Positions 1 to 14,200 are shown, counted from the first letter of the whole stretch. The stretch is 59,587 nucleotides of DNA, filler included, from Stramenopiles sp. TOSAG23-6 (GCA_900128565.1; 2 parts of 2 records of this genome joined end to end with filler, not necessarily neighbours in it); one strand, 5' to 3'. Numbers and translations: made by a program. Notes: generated by a model not told the origin, from the sequence alone.

Positions 1-54
1 TTTATACCTAACAAATTTAAGTTTTTTTTTTTGAAATATTTTTCCAAAATACAT
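1..54 (+). other. Non-canonical intron, 3' part (runs off window start), ends CAT
   Basis: TATACCTAAC branch-like motif, GAAATATTTTTCCAAAATACAT family 3' end. Confidence 0.8.
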
Positions 55-354
55 GAAGTTACGGGTATTCCAAATGGTAAAATATTATGTACTACAATCG
101 ATGAGAATAGAGACATTATGTACGTTTTCATTATGAATTTCAAATTTATCTTTTTCATAGAAAATTTCGTACCTAATGAATTTCGAATTTGAAATATTTC
201 TTCATAATCCATGAAAGATTTGCTTGGTGTAAACCCTCAGAAATTTCGACCAAGTATTCCTAATCTTGTGTATCAATATTCAGTATATTGTAATTATAAT
301 TCAATACGACTTTCACAAAGAAATGAAGAAATTCCAGCTGACCCACAAGTATAA
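55..354 (+). CDS. Last two exons (55-119, 213-354) of an unidentified protein
   Basis: Removing 120-212 gives open frame EVTGIPNGKILCTTIDENRDIM|KDLLGVNPQKF...PQV*; no family recognised. Confidence 0.5.
120..212 (+). other. Non-canonical intron GT-AT (93 nt)
   Basis: AT|GTACGTTTT...TTTCGTACCTAAT...GAAATATTTC...CCAT|G. Confidence 0.75.
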
Positions 355-427
355 TTAAGTATTATTCTCATAAACATAAAAGAAATATCAAAAAAAGTCA
401 TTAGTTTAACATTTATTTTACATTTCA

Positions 428-515
428 AACAATTATTTCGTTCGACATGTGTTATAAGAACCACATCTATTAACAATTATTTCGTTCGACATGTGTTATA
501 AGAACCACATCTATT
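428..515. repeat. 44-bp tandem duplication spanning the RCHY1 stop codon
   Basis: AACAATTATTTCGTTCGACATGTGTTATAAGAACCACATCTATT at 428-471 and 472-515. Confidence 0.9.
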
Positions 516-1697
516 TGGATGTGTTCGTCTAGAAAGATGATTTGAAACGGGAGGTCTTGATTCGTGTGCTGCTATTGCAGTTCTTATAAGACTTGGACGT
601 CGATTTGATTCCTGTGCTGCTATTGCAGTTCTTATAAGACTTGGGCGTCGATTTTCTATTGGTGACGAAGAATTGGAATCTCCGCCGCCGACAACACTGG
701 CTGCAGCCACAGTAACCTCTAAAGATGGTGTTGAGTTTCCAAAACCAACAGAAATGGCAGCATTAGCAGCATCGCGGGCTACAGTTATATATTGTTGTTC
801 TCTATTCGTTTCAATTTGCTCCGAATCAGTCATGTTTCTAAATTGATCTGAAATAATTTCACTACTAGAGGTTTCATTAATCTCGGGAAGTTCAGATTGT
901 TTAGATTCGGTATATTCAATATCAGAAGATTGTCTATCAGATAATAATGCCATGCACTTTAACCCAACAACATGCCACTGTGTCATTGATTTTCTATTAC
1001 AATCGTAGCAAAGTACCTCAACCATTTTATCTCTATACTCTACTGGCATTGGAGTCCTCAAAATTTCCTGATCTAAACGAGTAAAGTAATCCGACAAGTA
1101 TTTATCTTGCACTAAAGACTTCGAACAAAGGGGGCACTTATATGTTGTTTCCAATAGTTTTTCAAGACAATCCTTGTGAATTCCATGACCACAACGCATT
1201 GAAGCAACTTCTTTACGGGAGTAAAAAAGCTCATCCATACAAATAGGACAATTTGAAAGCATGGCATTTTCTATACAGTTGTGTTCTCCATCAGTAGTGA
1301 AGCACGTGCCGCACTTTACGCAATGCTCATAATTCTCTCGGCCACCTACTCGACATATTCCACACTCATTGCAGTGGAATTGTTCTTTTGATGTGTCATC
1401 GTCAAAGAGCCGACAAGTCATACAGCTGTAATTTCCAAAGCATACACCACAATTTTTACAAGACTCGGACAAAGGTTGGCGTACATCACAAACCAAACAC
1501 TGAAGCTCTGTAACTGCAAAACGATCCAAACTATGCATCTTCTTCGGGTTCTTATAATCGTCTGCATACTTTTCATCGTGACAAAAACGGCATGTAAATA
1601 CTTCATTACAACAAGGTGCCACCAAGGCACAACTTCGCCTATAATGAGCACAACCATGTTTAACCGTACCCATTCTTGTAGTTGACAAATCCATCAT
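477..1697 (-). CDS. RCHY1: CHY zinc-finger/RING E3 ligase, Pirh2-like
   Basis: GCAHYRRSC..APCC..FTCRFCHD (CHY), QFHC..CGICRVG, CPIC..CGH.IH..C..CPLC RING-H2, C-terminal CYDC...GLKC / CGSYNT. Confidence 0.92.
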   Translation of the reverse strand: MMDLSTTRMGTVKHGCAHYRRSCALVAPCCNEVFTCRFCHDEKYADDYKNPKKMHSLDRFAVTELQCLVCDVRQPLSESCKNCGVCFGNYSCMTCRLFDDDTSKEQFHCNECGICRVGGRENYEHCVKCGTCFTTDGEHNCIENAMLSNCPICMDELFYSRKEVASMRCGHGIHKDCLEKLLETTYKCPLCSKSLVQDKYLSDYFTRLDQEILRTPMPVEYRDKMVEVLCYDCNRKSMTQWHVVGLKCMALLSDRQSSDIEYTESKQSELPEINETSSSEIISDQFRNMTDSEQIETNREQQYITVARDAANAAISVGFGNSTPSLEVTVAAASVVGGGDSNSSSPIENRRPSLIRTAIAAQESNRRPSLIRTAIAAHESRPPVSNHLSRRTHPNRCGSYNTCRTK

Positions 1698-2183
1698 CGG
1701 AAATCCAATAAAGTAAAGTATCCTATTGGGAAGTTAAGGCGAGCTAGGAAATTTTCTGCTTTAGGCTTTAGGCTTTCGTTTGTAATCTCAACTGGGACAT
1801 TCTGAATTCAAATATTCGGAGAGTGAGTGAATATACAGCTTCTTAGCGCCTTGTAATAGCCTGTAGTGCCTGTGCGACTGAACACAAATATCAATCAGTG
1901 ATGTTGACACGTGCCACGGTCAACCGACACAACCGTTTCAATCAACACAAATATTATTATTATTATTATTATTAACCGTTAGCTTGGGTAAAATAACGTT
2001 TTTTCAGTTCTGCATGTCATTTTTATGAACAAAATTCGATTATTAAAAGTCAACCAAAGGAACTCGAATTATTTTTATAACGAAATTTAACTCAATTACT
2101 CAAATCAAAATGCTTCCCGAACAAATATAGCATGTAATTTAAAAAAAAAAANCATTATTTTATTCAACAATTTAGACGTAAAT

Positions 2184-4953
2184 TTATTTTTCTTGCATAA
2201 AATGCTGAAAACCTTTTCGGAGTTTCATGTGTTTCCATCCATCTAGTAGTAGCTCATCATATTTCAACCATCTATTGGAAACATTGCAAAAGGGTTTCTT
2301 ATTCTCATGACATAGACCTTGTGTTTCAGCTTCCTTTACATTACAAGAGCAAGAATCAATTTCAGTGTTATCACGAAATAAGTTTTGTACTTTTGGCACT
2401 GCAATTGCTCTAAGCCAAGTATAATGCTTAAAATGATGATTTTCCCCTATACCATCAACAACTTCTTGTTGAGTCATTAATGCAGCGACGTCGAAGCCAG
2501 CTGCTTCTAAATGCCGTTCTAATGACTCTTCACTAAAACCTACAGAATGAATATCTCCAGGACTCTTCTGTCCACCAAATATATAGTATGAGGAAAGATC
2601 TGCCTTCCATACACCATTGACCAAATTCTTACACAAACCTGTCAATGATGGTACGATGACTTGTAATGTGCCACAACATGGTTGCAACACTCGATGCCAT
2701 TCTGATAGAACAGTTTCAACCTCAGCATGTTTGAAGTGTTCTAAAATGTCCTTTGCAAGTATCTGTGAAACTGAACCATCTGGCAATTCCCACATATTTC
2801 CTACATCAAGACCAACTACAATTTTTCTACGCTTTTGAAGTGTTTCTTTGGTATCATTATTTTTTCCTATACCAATACTATCCCAGAAAATTTTCACTGT
2901 TGGTGGGACACTTTCATAATTTGAGTTTTTTTCTATTCTTGAACCAACCCATTTGTCAATATTGATCCAAGGAGGAGGTAAAAGCATATCTCCAGCACCA
3001 ATATTCAGATAGATATTACTCGGTAAGGTACTTGGCAAATTTCCTAATGCATCATAAAATAACCGACCTCCGTATAATAATGGGCTATTCCCATGTGCTG
3101 CTACATAGTTTTCTTCGTATCCATTATATATAAGGCCACTGGTGGTATTCGAAATATTTTCATTCTTATTTAAATGTAATAAGTATTTTCCGGCTTGATG
3201 TTTCACTGTATCTGCTTTCAAAGTTGTATCTTTTAAGTAAAACTTGGTTATCTCAGATGGAAGCTTTGCCTTCCATTGCCTTGAAAGTTGGCCAAACAAT
3301 TCCGATACTTTTTTCCATTCCATTTCTTCAGTTTTTGTACTACGTTGTAGTGCGGCAATGGATGCATTTTCTAACTCATTTAATGCATACCACAATGTCT
3401 TAACAATGTCAATATTTCCATCAATACTAGAATGATTTTTTTTGTTTGCTTTATTTGTATGGCTCGCACTCGCTGTAGCAGCAGCAAGTAAAGTTGCGGC
3501 ACGGTCAACCGGATCTTGAATATCCTCCCAAAAATATTCCCTTAACCAATGACGAGTATTCAAATGTTTTGCAAAATATTCTGACTCACTCTTGAAATCA
3601 GTAACATCCACATTATTTATAGGATTGAAGTAAGATTTTGCCAGAATCGTAACTTTACTTGGTGCAATCCCAAAAGCCCGACTTAACAATCTTGGCCCAG
3701 TTGCGTTTAATACATCCTTCATATGTGAACTATTAATTGCTTCCACTAAAACGACTTCCCAGAAGGGGTGCCTTGGTGGTGATGCCATTAATGCATTTTG
3801 TACATCTTCATTCAAAGAATTTGCAGATGCAACAATATGAACATTCTCTTGGGACAAATATTTGTAAAAGTTTGCATTGCAGACATAGTCCATGTCTGCG
3901 TAAATTCCACCTATCTTTTGTAAAATAAGGTAACGCGCCAGATCTACTCTCATTATTTGTTTAGGATAACTATCATAAAGTTCTAACATATGCACTGCAT
4001 TATTTTTGACCCAAAGTCTTAAGGAAACATCCGTCCATAATATATGTTTATATTCAGTAGGTGGAAAATATAAATTCCAAGTTTTGTGTGCGTTAATCCA
4101 ATCAGTATGCCAAGTGGATATATTTTCACTGGGAACCATTTGATGAATTATCTTTGGAATGTTGTCAACTTTTTTATTTGGTATGTGTGGCTCTAATTGG
4201 GCGTCAGTGAGAAGTTTTGTGTATGACACTCCCACTTCTTTATTATCCGAAATAATTGTTGTTGCAAGAACAGGAAATAAACGAAGACACTCAACTGATT
4301 CATTTAAACAAACTGTAGAGAAAGCTTTTTTACATTCAATTTGAATGGGGCTCAGATCTTGTTGAGTTTCAATAATTGGGATCGTGTAATGTAAGTTAGA
4401 GGGCGTTGACCAAGAAATACCACGTATTGTGAAAAAATATTTCAAAAAAAAATCGTTAGGTACGAAATTTCGTATGCTGCTTGCAGAATGAATATATAAC
4501 ATCAACCGGTTGCTGTCCTTCCATAATATGCAAAATTCCTAAACTTATCTCATTTTCTTTAGTATCAATGGTACAATGACTTGTCAAAGTTGTAACTTCT
4601 TCTTCAGTGGTAAATGCACAGCGCCTATCAGTGTTTCTAAGAATAAAGTTTCCAGAACCATCAAGCAGAACTTCTGCCACAAATATGATGGGTTTCGTTC
4701 GATTGCACGAAACTCTATCAAAGCTACAAGCATCAATTAGAATATCATTTCTCAATGTCCATGGTAGATCTTGTCTATTTTTCATGAAATCAGAAATGAC
4801 GTCAACTGGTTCAAAGCCTTCATAAATAATAACTGTACCAATATCCTGGCCGTCTATCTCAATCTTTCTCTCATACAACAATTCAGGTATAGAACAAAGT
4901 ACATTTTTTGAAAGCAGGAGTAACACAATAAAACATAGTACTTGAGGCAGCAT
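2184..4953 (-). CDS. Secreted GT32 (Och1/SUR1-like DXD) glycosyltransferase with C-terminal class I methyltransferase-like domain; two exons
   Basis: Signal peptide MLPQVLCFIVLLLLS; IPKIIHQ, DLARY..GGIYADMD, ATGP; LNIGAG...DILEHF...EWHRVLQP. Exon joining across the 4422 intron is uncertain. Confidence 0.7.
4422..4500 (-). other. Non-canonical intron ending CGT; 5' end ambiguous (4500 or 4473)
   Basis: TACGAAATTTCGTACCTAAC...GAAATATTTTTTCACAATACGT|GGT; both candidate 5' ends give phase-0 in-frame joins. Confidence 0.55.
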
Positions 4954-5241
4954 TTTCTTTAGAAATATAGTTTTGTTTTGACGCACTGATAGGTTTACTT
5001 ACTCAATGAAGTGTTAATTGGTAACATTTGCATCAATAATGTTGATTAGATGCGAATAATTACAACAAAAATGAAAGATCGTAGTCGAGAGTACCAACGC
5101 GATTTCGGATTTCGATTTGATTTCGACGGTTTCAACTACCCTACCGTCCGTTGAAGCAAACAAGGTATTGTTCCCATTATTCTCAATATCATGTTATTGC
5201 ACAATGAACTGGTAGACTACGTATAATACTTATCGAAAAAT

Positions 5242-8200
5242 ATGGGACAGAAGATAGGCAAATGCCAGCTCCGGCCAGAGTTTCAAAACTCACTAATATT
5301 AGACATGGCTTTATTATCAAAACTTCAAGAAAATATACAGAAATGTAGAAAAGTCAATAGAGGTAAAAGCTATAATTGCACTTCCATAGTTTTCAATGAT
5401 GTCGCTGGGTTCTTCATATCTAATGAATACGATGAGAAGAAAGTGACTTCTCTACTCTTCGAGGTTTTGGATACAGATGGTGATGATACTATTGACTTAT
5501 TGGAATTTTACATCGTTATGGTTTTTTTATCTACTATATCTAGACCCAAGAAAATTGAGTTGATCTTCAATACTTATAATTTCCAGCAAAAGGAGCGCAT
5601 TAGTGTAGCTTTGCTCTTTATAATGATTTCAAGTTTGACTTCAGGCCTATCAAAGCTTGCAGACACTCCGAGTCCAAGTCCAATTGTATGCCAAAGTCAA
5701 ATTCTACTAATATTAGGTTTGAACATCGAACAAAGCAGACGTAAAATGCGCAAGATATTAAATAAAGGAGTTTCGATAGAAATGGTTGCAGAATATATGT
5801 ATAGCTCATCAAGTGTTCAAACTTGGTTTGATTATTTTAATCTCACGGCAACAGGCCGAATTTCAACTGATCGATATGAAGAAACACAAAACGCTTCAGC
5901 AATTGTTAGACAAATTCAACGCCTTTCTCACAAAGTTAGTCTTCTCACAGTAGAAATTAGTGATCGAAGCTCTGAGTTAGTGAATGAAATATGTGAGTAT
6001 CAAAAACAGCAATTAAGACACGAAATAACAATAGATACATTCAGGAAGCGTTCAAAGGAAGTGTTAAAAAATTTGGAGAATGAATTGGAAATGGAAGTAG
6101 CAGACAGAATTTTTTTTAGAGATAAATTGACTCATCTAAAACGAGGAATTAATTTTTCAAAACGAGACATCCTTGAAGTTAAACAAACAATAGAAACATT
6201 GAATAACACAGCGTATATACCAGGCTCGAAACTGAGTAGCACAGTTCAAGCACGTCGGGAAGCAATGAGATTGTTAGAGATTTGGTCTGCTTGTCAAATA
6301 GCCGAACAATTTACTAGACGTCCGACCAATCAGGCTGAATATTTGATCACTGAAGAAAACAGCAACCCTAGACCACCAGTAAAAGGTGTAATTATTCCAC
6401 CTGACGTTAACTTAAAACTAAGCTGGATATATGGGTATGATGGAAGTCTCGGAATGTGGCATAATGTGCGATATAATAAAAAACATGATATTGTATACAC
6501 TGCTGCACAGATAGGTGTAGCGTTAGACAAAGCTGCTTGGTCTCAAAAACATATGATAAGCCATAGTCATAAAATATCTGCATATACAATGCACCCAAAT
6601 AGAATTGATATTGCAACTGGAGAATTTGGCGAATATCCATCTATATTAATATGGTCATCTTTATTCCCAAAGGTTCCAAAAATACATTTAAGTGGATTCC
6701 ATGCTGTTGGTGTTGGCAATCTAGCATTTAGTCCATGTGGAAAACTACTCATTTCAATAGGAAAAGATCCTCTTCAGCATATTGCGGTGTATGAATGGGA
6801 AAAAGAATTAATAGTATTTGCAACACCAACTACATCATGTCGCATAAATGGTGTTATTTCCTGCTCATCTCGGGGCTTCATAACGTACGGCGAAGATCAT
6901 TTGTGCTTTTGGAAAGAAAAACCAACTGCATGTATGTTTTAATTTTTTTTCAATTTTTTGTCTAAATTTTTTTTATAGGAAATTTTGTACCTAACAATTT
7001 TTTTATGATTTTTTTTTGAAATATTTTTCCAAAATACATCTGACATTGAAAAAGAAAGAAATAGGATGAGAATGGAGAGGATAGCACGACGCGCATTACA
7101 TAGTCAAGCAAAAACCAATGCACGTGGGTCGGACTCGGATATATCTCCAATCAATTCTCCAAAGGTTGATCGTTTTAGAAAGCACAATATTTCTACAATA
7201 TCTGGCGGTAGATTCCAAAACTTGGATAATGATAAAAATAATGATAAAGAAACTGCAAAATCCAATAGAAATCCTCAAGATGTAACTGATAATCATACGA
7301 TAAAGTCAACGGAGTTTTATGGGATGTGTGGCCTTTCGCGAATGAAAAGTTCACCCAAAACATTCTATTGTGCTTCAGCAGTATTAGGCCCTGCAATCAA
7401 TGGAACAGTTTTAGAAAACGATAATAATGGTATGAGTATACTGGGATCTTCGTGTGGTAAGCTATGCTTATACCATGGCCAGCACATGCTTTGCTCGATA
7501 AGTGCTCATAAACAATCTCTGGGTGGTTGCACTTCTGTATTTTCATGCTCACATGGAATACTTAGTGGTGGTGGGGATGGTCGCCTTTTTGTATGGAAAT
7601 TAAAACATACAGAAGCGGACGGCTATAAGCTAATTATTCATAAAATGATTGAAGTTGCACAGTTTGGGTGTTTAACGCCATGTGTACAATCGTTGTGCTG
7701 GCATGATAATGGCGACACAATAATTCTTGGTGTTCTCAGTTGTGAAGTGTATGAAATATCCTTACTTCAAAACATTGATATCAATAACGGACCTATAATA
7801 CACTGCCATTCTGCGCGAAATGAAGTTGGGGAAATGTGGGCACTTGCTGTGCACCCGACGTTACCTCGTGCAGCAACGGCTGGAGATGATGGTATCGTAA
7901 GAGTTTGGGATATAAAAACACATAAACAAATAGCTGCTGTGCGAATGCGATGTATGTGTCGTTCGGCATCGTATTCCTCGAAGGGAACATGGTTATGCAT
8001 CGGTTTAGGTGGTCCCGAAGAGATCCGACCAAAATCATCACGTAAAGATGGCGCATTTTGTGTTGTGAACCCAAACAATTTGAAAGTAATATGTGAAAGA
8101 CGTTTCTCACATGCGTGGATATCCGCCGTTACATTTAGTGCAAATGATGAATTTCTTGTCGTGGGCACTGGAAGTGGTGAGATATTCTTACATCGATGTG

Positions 8201-11200
8201 TTATACATGGTATAGGATCTGCAACTGGTATAAAATTGGATTTTCCATTGATACACAAATTCAAAGTTCGAGATTCTGGTGCCGTGCGAAGACTTGACTT
8301 TGACAAAAGAAGTCGCTGGTTACAAGTAGAATGCCGACTTACTTTTGCAAGAAAGCGGTGGGTTGAAAGATTCGATATTAAAAAACTATTACCAGGAGAA
8401 GCCAAGGACAAGAAAAACGTCACGTGGCATACTTGGACTATGACTGTTGGAGATATGTTGGAAGGTATCTACTATGGACAAGTGCCTTTAGAAGTATGTG
8501 CTAAATCAAGATCGGGAAAATTAGTTGCTATAGGAAGTGGCGCTGGAGAAGTAATGCTTGCGCGATTTCCATGTAAGAATTCTGGACCGTTGGTAAAACA
8601 TTTCTGTGGCTCAGTTAGTCACATTTCCAACTTAAAATGGAGTTATGAAGACAAGTATCTAATGGTTTCCGGGGGCGATGATAAATGTGTATTCCAATAC
8701 ACTACACAGATTGATGATGCCGATCCAAATGCAGAAGGAAGGCGACAGAGGCTTGAGCTTCTTCACGAAGACCAAAAGAAATTAAATTTAGAATCCAAGA
8801 AGGTCTTCCGACAGACACGAGATATGTTGGCGCCTTTCATCAAAAAGAAAAATGCTCTTATTTCGCGCCAAGAAATTCTTGTAAAAGAAATANAAAGCCT
8901 TAAAGAACAAGCAAGTAAGTTCAAAGCTATTGGAAAGGAACCACTGTACATTACAAATATGTTGTTTAATGCGCGAAAAGAGTTGAAAGAGTTAAATCCG
9001 CCGTTGTCTTCGATACGTAGACGGCTTGCAGAACATACCGTAAAACTCAAAGGTAAAGATAGTCTTTATGTAGAATTGCAAACGAAACAAGCAAAGCTCA
9101 AGAGAGATATTGAAGAAATCTCAGGATATTCTGCAGATGCAATTATTGGGGGGGTTCTTATTGATAAGACTGATTCTTTAGATAATACTGAAGAAGCGAC
9201 AGCTGGTGCTTTAAGAGTTGCGTATTGGGCCAACACCAAAGAAAACTTATTGGATACCGAAGACTTCATCGGGGATCGTACAACTGCAGCTCCAAAAAGT
9301 ACACTTGAATTATCCTGGGTTTATGGGTTTGATGNTAGAGGAGTTCAAAACAATCTGATGTATGTGGGAACCAATCAAATTTTGTACACAATAGCCCGAG
9401 CCATTGTAATTTATGATGTTGTAACACACACACAGCGTCGCTTTGGCGAACACCATTTCGACATACTTAGTATTGCTTCACACCCCAATAAAGAACTTAT
9501 CGCGTCGGGAGAGCGGGGGGATATCCCCATGATAAAAATCTGGCGAATTGATGATCTTAGTGTTGTACAGACTATTGTAGGCTATCATCGAAAAGGTATC
9601 TCACATTTGTGCTTTTCCAAACAAGAGGGTCGATATTTACTCACCGTTGGTGAAGATTTTTGTCATTGCATTGCTATGTACGATTGGAAAGTTGGCGAAG
9701 TTCTTTGTCATGTAAAAGGTGGGGTTGAGACTATATATGCGGCTATATTCATGCCAGATACTTGTGGCTTCATCCAATGTGGGTATAAACATATTAAAGT
9801 GCATAAATTTCATGGTCGTCACGTAGAAACGAAACGTGTTTTATTTCATGGCAAAGGCGACCTTCAGCGGTTCTTGTGTGTATGTTTTTCCGGATCATAT
9901 CCAATCATTGGTACCGAAGATGGCCACTTGTATCAATTACGGAGTGATTCCCGGAATTTATGGAAGGTTGTCAAAGCACATATAGGTGCAGTGAACTGTA
10001 TACGAGGGTACACCAATTGTGTTATTAGTGGAGGAAACGATGGTCTTGTAAAAATTTGGTCAACAACGCTTGTTCTCCAGATAACATTGGATTTGAATGC
10101 TCTCGATCAAAATGTTGACGATACTTGTGACATAGCTGACGCATATAGTGGTGACGAAGCTACATCAAGTGATGATGTAAATGCATGTACAGACGATGAA
10201 CCCTTGTTAGCCGACGATTCAAAATTTAAAGGTCAACTTTTAGGGAATAATTGGAAAAAGGTCCTAAATGAACGAGCGCGTCGAAAGCAAGAAGCAAAAA
10301 CATCAACCCAACAAAGAGAGAAAGAGAGAAGGGAGCGTTCTGAAAGACAGGTTGATTTGTATGAAAAACGAAACAAAAAACAAATAAGAGAACTTGAGCG
10401 ACAAAAGCGTAAAGAAATAAAATTGTCTGAAAAGTTGAAGCGTAAAGAAGCCCGAGCACAGCGGAGGGCTTTAAAGGCGACTAAGAAAGCATTGAAACAA
10501 TCTAATTTAGATGATAATGCAGATGATGAAGCAACTGATATTTCTAGTGATCCCGAGGATACCGACGACATTACATCCGATTCTGATTCCGATTTGTCTA
10601 ATTTGTCATCTTCATCAGATGAAAATGCCGATGGCGGAGAAAAAAAAATGACTATCAGTAATACGGTGAAAGATCCAGAAGGGCCTGAAAAGTGGCAATT
10701 GTGTCTTCCTAGTAGTTTTAGGAAGATACGCGCATCAAAATTGCGTGAAATGGATTTTAAGGACTCAGGAGGGAACTTTGAAGGTGCCATTGAGTGTGAT
10801 TTATCTGGGGAAAAACTTGCTAACGAATATTTCGATTTCGAAACGAAGCTTAAGGAAATGGAGAATACGGGGAATGATAGTGAAAGCGAAAAAGAAGAAG
10901 ATGCCGAATTTTGGTACACTCGAATTAACAATGATGGTAAAGGTCGAGCATTCATCCTATCTTCGCACGCATATAATCTAGCATTTCCTACCAAAGCAAC
11001 AGATCTGAAAAAACAAAACTTTTTTAGAACTTCTTTGACTCGTATTGTGCAATCTATTCCTGGAAAAGTCACTGCTAAGTATAAAGAAATTAGCATCGAC
11101 GAGGACGCTGAATTTCTTTGTCCTCATTCAAATGAAGATCTCAAAGAAGAATTCTTTTATCATGCTTGGCTGAGAGACGATACACCAATAGATATATCAA

Positions 11201-14200
11201 TAAGTGCATTTGGAGAAGAATATTCAGACGGGGATCTATTGAAATTAGCTGAATTTAATATCGCCGAAACAAACTTTGAGAAAGACAAAGATTCAGATAC
11301 TAGAAGTTTATCAAGAACATCATCGCCTACAAATTTGGATAATTCTAAGCCCAATGAAAATGTCGATCTGGCATCTAAGAATAGCCCAGAAGATCCAAAG
11401 TTTGGTGTTGATTTTCCAGAATTACCAGATTTTATAGATAAGAATGATGTTAACGAAATTAACTTTGAAACTGAACATGAAGACAAGAATGAACTATCAA
11501 GTAGTGGAAATTATGAATTATATACATTGAAAAATCATCCAGATGCAAACACGCGCGAATGGCATTCAATATTACGTGAAGGTGGTGATGTTCGAGCGAT
11601 GATTGCTGAAAAAGCGCGAATGGATGCAATTGCAGACGCAATTCGTTTAGCATCGGAAGCCGATCAAAATATATTCGCAGGAGTTGACGATGACATGGTA
11701 AGCTCGGGTGAAGGGAAACTGTACAACTTCAAGACAGAGTTTCGCGCCGAAGGTGATTATCGTACAATGCAGCTATTAAATCTAGAAAACACTAATAAAA
11801 ACAAGAATGAGAATGAGTTTGAACGATTGTTAGGTAATCATAAGGCCAATGATAATAGTGACATTTCTTATGACTCTAGCTCTAACGACAGTATGGCAAG
11901 TTCCGGTGTTGAAAAACCATTCTGTATCCGTGATGGAGTACATTTGAATGGTGATAGTGATGAAGAAAATGTATATGGCACTGTCATGAGCGATTCATCT
12001 GCGTACGACAGTAATTGGTCTGGTCCTGGTGCAATTTCAGATAGCAGTGGTTTGTTAGATTTATTTGAGCTAAAGGATGGTTTATCGCCATTTGCTGAAG
12101 GTCGGTTAGCTCGGACCCAAAGACAAATCAGAAATGGAATTCTTGATGATGCGTATATACCAGGTGTATTAAATCATCCTAAACACATGCGAAGATTCGA
12201 CCCTAGACGCGTAGAAATTTTTGACCAGGAAGTTGTTTTGGCTAAATGTATTAAAGATTATGATTGGATGGTGGAGGGCGATATCGATGAAGTATTGGTG
12301 GGCACAATGGTGCTCGTTCTGGATAACAACTTTGATGCTCGTCCTGGTCCTTGCAGTCCCGATGATAAATGGATGGTACGTGATATCCACAATTCCAAAA
12401 ATGTTGGCACAGCCTTCGGTCATTGTTTCGAAGTAATTTCCAAGAGACCATTAGGAAAGTCACGAATGGGTTGCTTACAAAAGTTTTACGCAGAATATGC
12501 TCCAAGTCGTAAAGGTTTATTAACAGTAGAAAATACTCTATTGCGATATCAAAACAAGGAACAAAAGCTCTTCAACTTATTACATAAAAAGTATGGCAGT
12601 GCCCCAGAGGAATTAATTCTACCAATGTTCGAAGCTCCAAAATCTGAGGATTTATCAATTGGTATGCTTGTTGAAGTCAATGTCAGAGGTAAAGGCAAAT
12701 GGTTCAAAGGATTTATTCGTCGTCGTAGAGGTCGCCAACGATTTGATGTAGAACTAAAGGATGGCGATCCAGACTTAATTTTATATGCTAGCGACCTATA
12801 TAGTGCCGGAGAAGACGATGGAAGTTTATCTGATGAAACTCTTAATCAATCTGAAGATTCCGACGAATGGACTTCTGTAGGAACCATAGATGACGATGAA
12901 GTGAAGGTGATTGAACAAAAAGAAGTAAAGGTACCAAAATTTCTTCAATTAGCGAAACAAACTCAAAATAGAACCCCGACTAAACCAATTCTTGTGAAAA
13001 CAAAAGTGTCAAAGAGAACAAAGGACAACCTTTTTAGACATAAAATTGCATCACTATGTTGGGATGGAGGTGAAAAGGTCGTTGTCGGTACACTCAGTGG
13101 ACAAGTAAGAGAAGTATGGGTCAACGACGATAAAAAGACAATCGATGTTAATAAGAATCCAGTTGTACATGGTCAATGGCAATGGGATTGGGTCAGAAGG
13201 ATAACTACGGACAGCTATGATATGCATAAGCCTATTGCAATGTGCTTTCGTAATCGTCATAATGAGTTCTTTACAGTCGACGGGGCTTTACTTTCTGTCT
13301 ATACGTTTGAACATCATTTGGCTCCATTAAAAAGGAATAAAAGAAGAAAAGCAGTTTACATGAGACAGAATGGAAAACTACGATTATCTGAGTCATGTCG
13401 TTCTACCCCTGACGGAAAGCTTGTAGCTGTTGGGCACACAGGAATATTTGGTATTGGATTCTCAACATGCACACTATATGACACAGATACTTTGAAACCA
13501 ATGTACTTCTTTCGTGACACTGAAAGAAGCAACCTTAGCACAACGACTTGTATTCAGTTCAGTAAAGACGGGAAATTTATAGCAACTGGTATGAGCAATG
13601 GATATGTACACATCAGGCAAGTTGAAGAATTTTATGAAAACAAAACAAAACGGTTCGTACTAAAATGTTCAATAAATATGTCAGAAAATCACGAACGAAT
13701 TGAGCAAATGGATTGGTCCACTTCAAATGCTAACTTAAGAGCTACAGACAAACTAGGGAATTTAAGATATGCTAATTTGAAAAATTTAGAAACTGCAGAT
13801 TTTATATGGCAGAAAGACACTCTTGCAATTGTAGCTCAATCTACATCGTGGGTGACATTCACCTGTAGGGATTCATTTTGTAACATAAAACGACATAGTA
13901 CAAACAGACTAACATTTGACGGAAATCATATACCAACGACAGGTTGCAAAACAATGAAACATAATAAGAGACAATATATTGCTGCTGGTGCACCAGGTGG
14001 ATCATTGCTGTTTATGAGCTATCCTTGGATCAGGGGGAGAGCAAATTATAAATATCATTTACATACTTCAGGAATTCGTCAAATGGAATTTTCTTTTGAT
14101 GGCAAATCTCTTGCTGTTTGCGGAGGAATAGATAGAGCTATTTCGTTATGGTCAAAAGAGTATGTGGAACAAATGTTTGAGTGGGGAATTTCATTAGATT

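Noticed and set aside
6930-7039. U12-type AT-AC introns
   Set aside because: No ATATCCTT donor, the branch is far from the end, and the AT-AC register gives a stop at 28051 and breaks conserved glycines at 33247 and 34299
10233-11096. Long antisense ORFs within the giant genes
   Set aside because: Shadow frames of coding sequence with no recognisable domains
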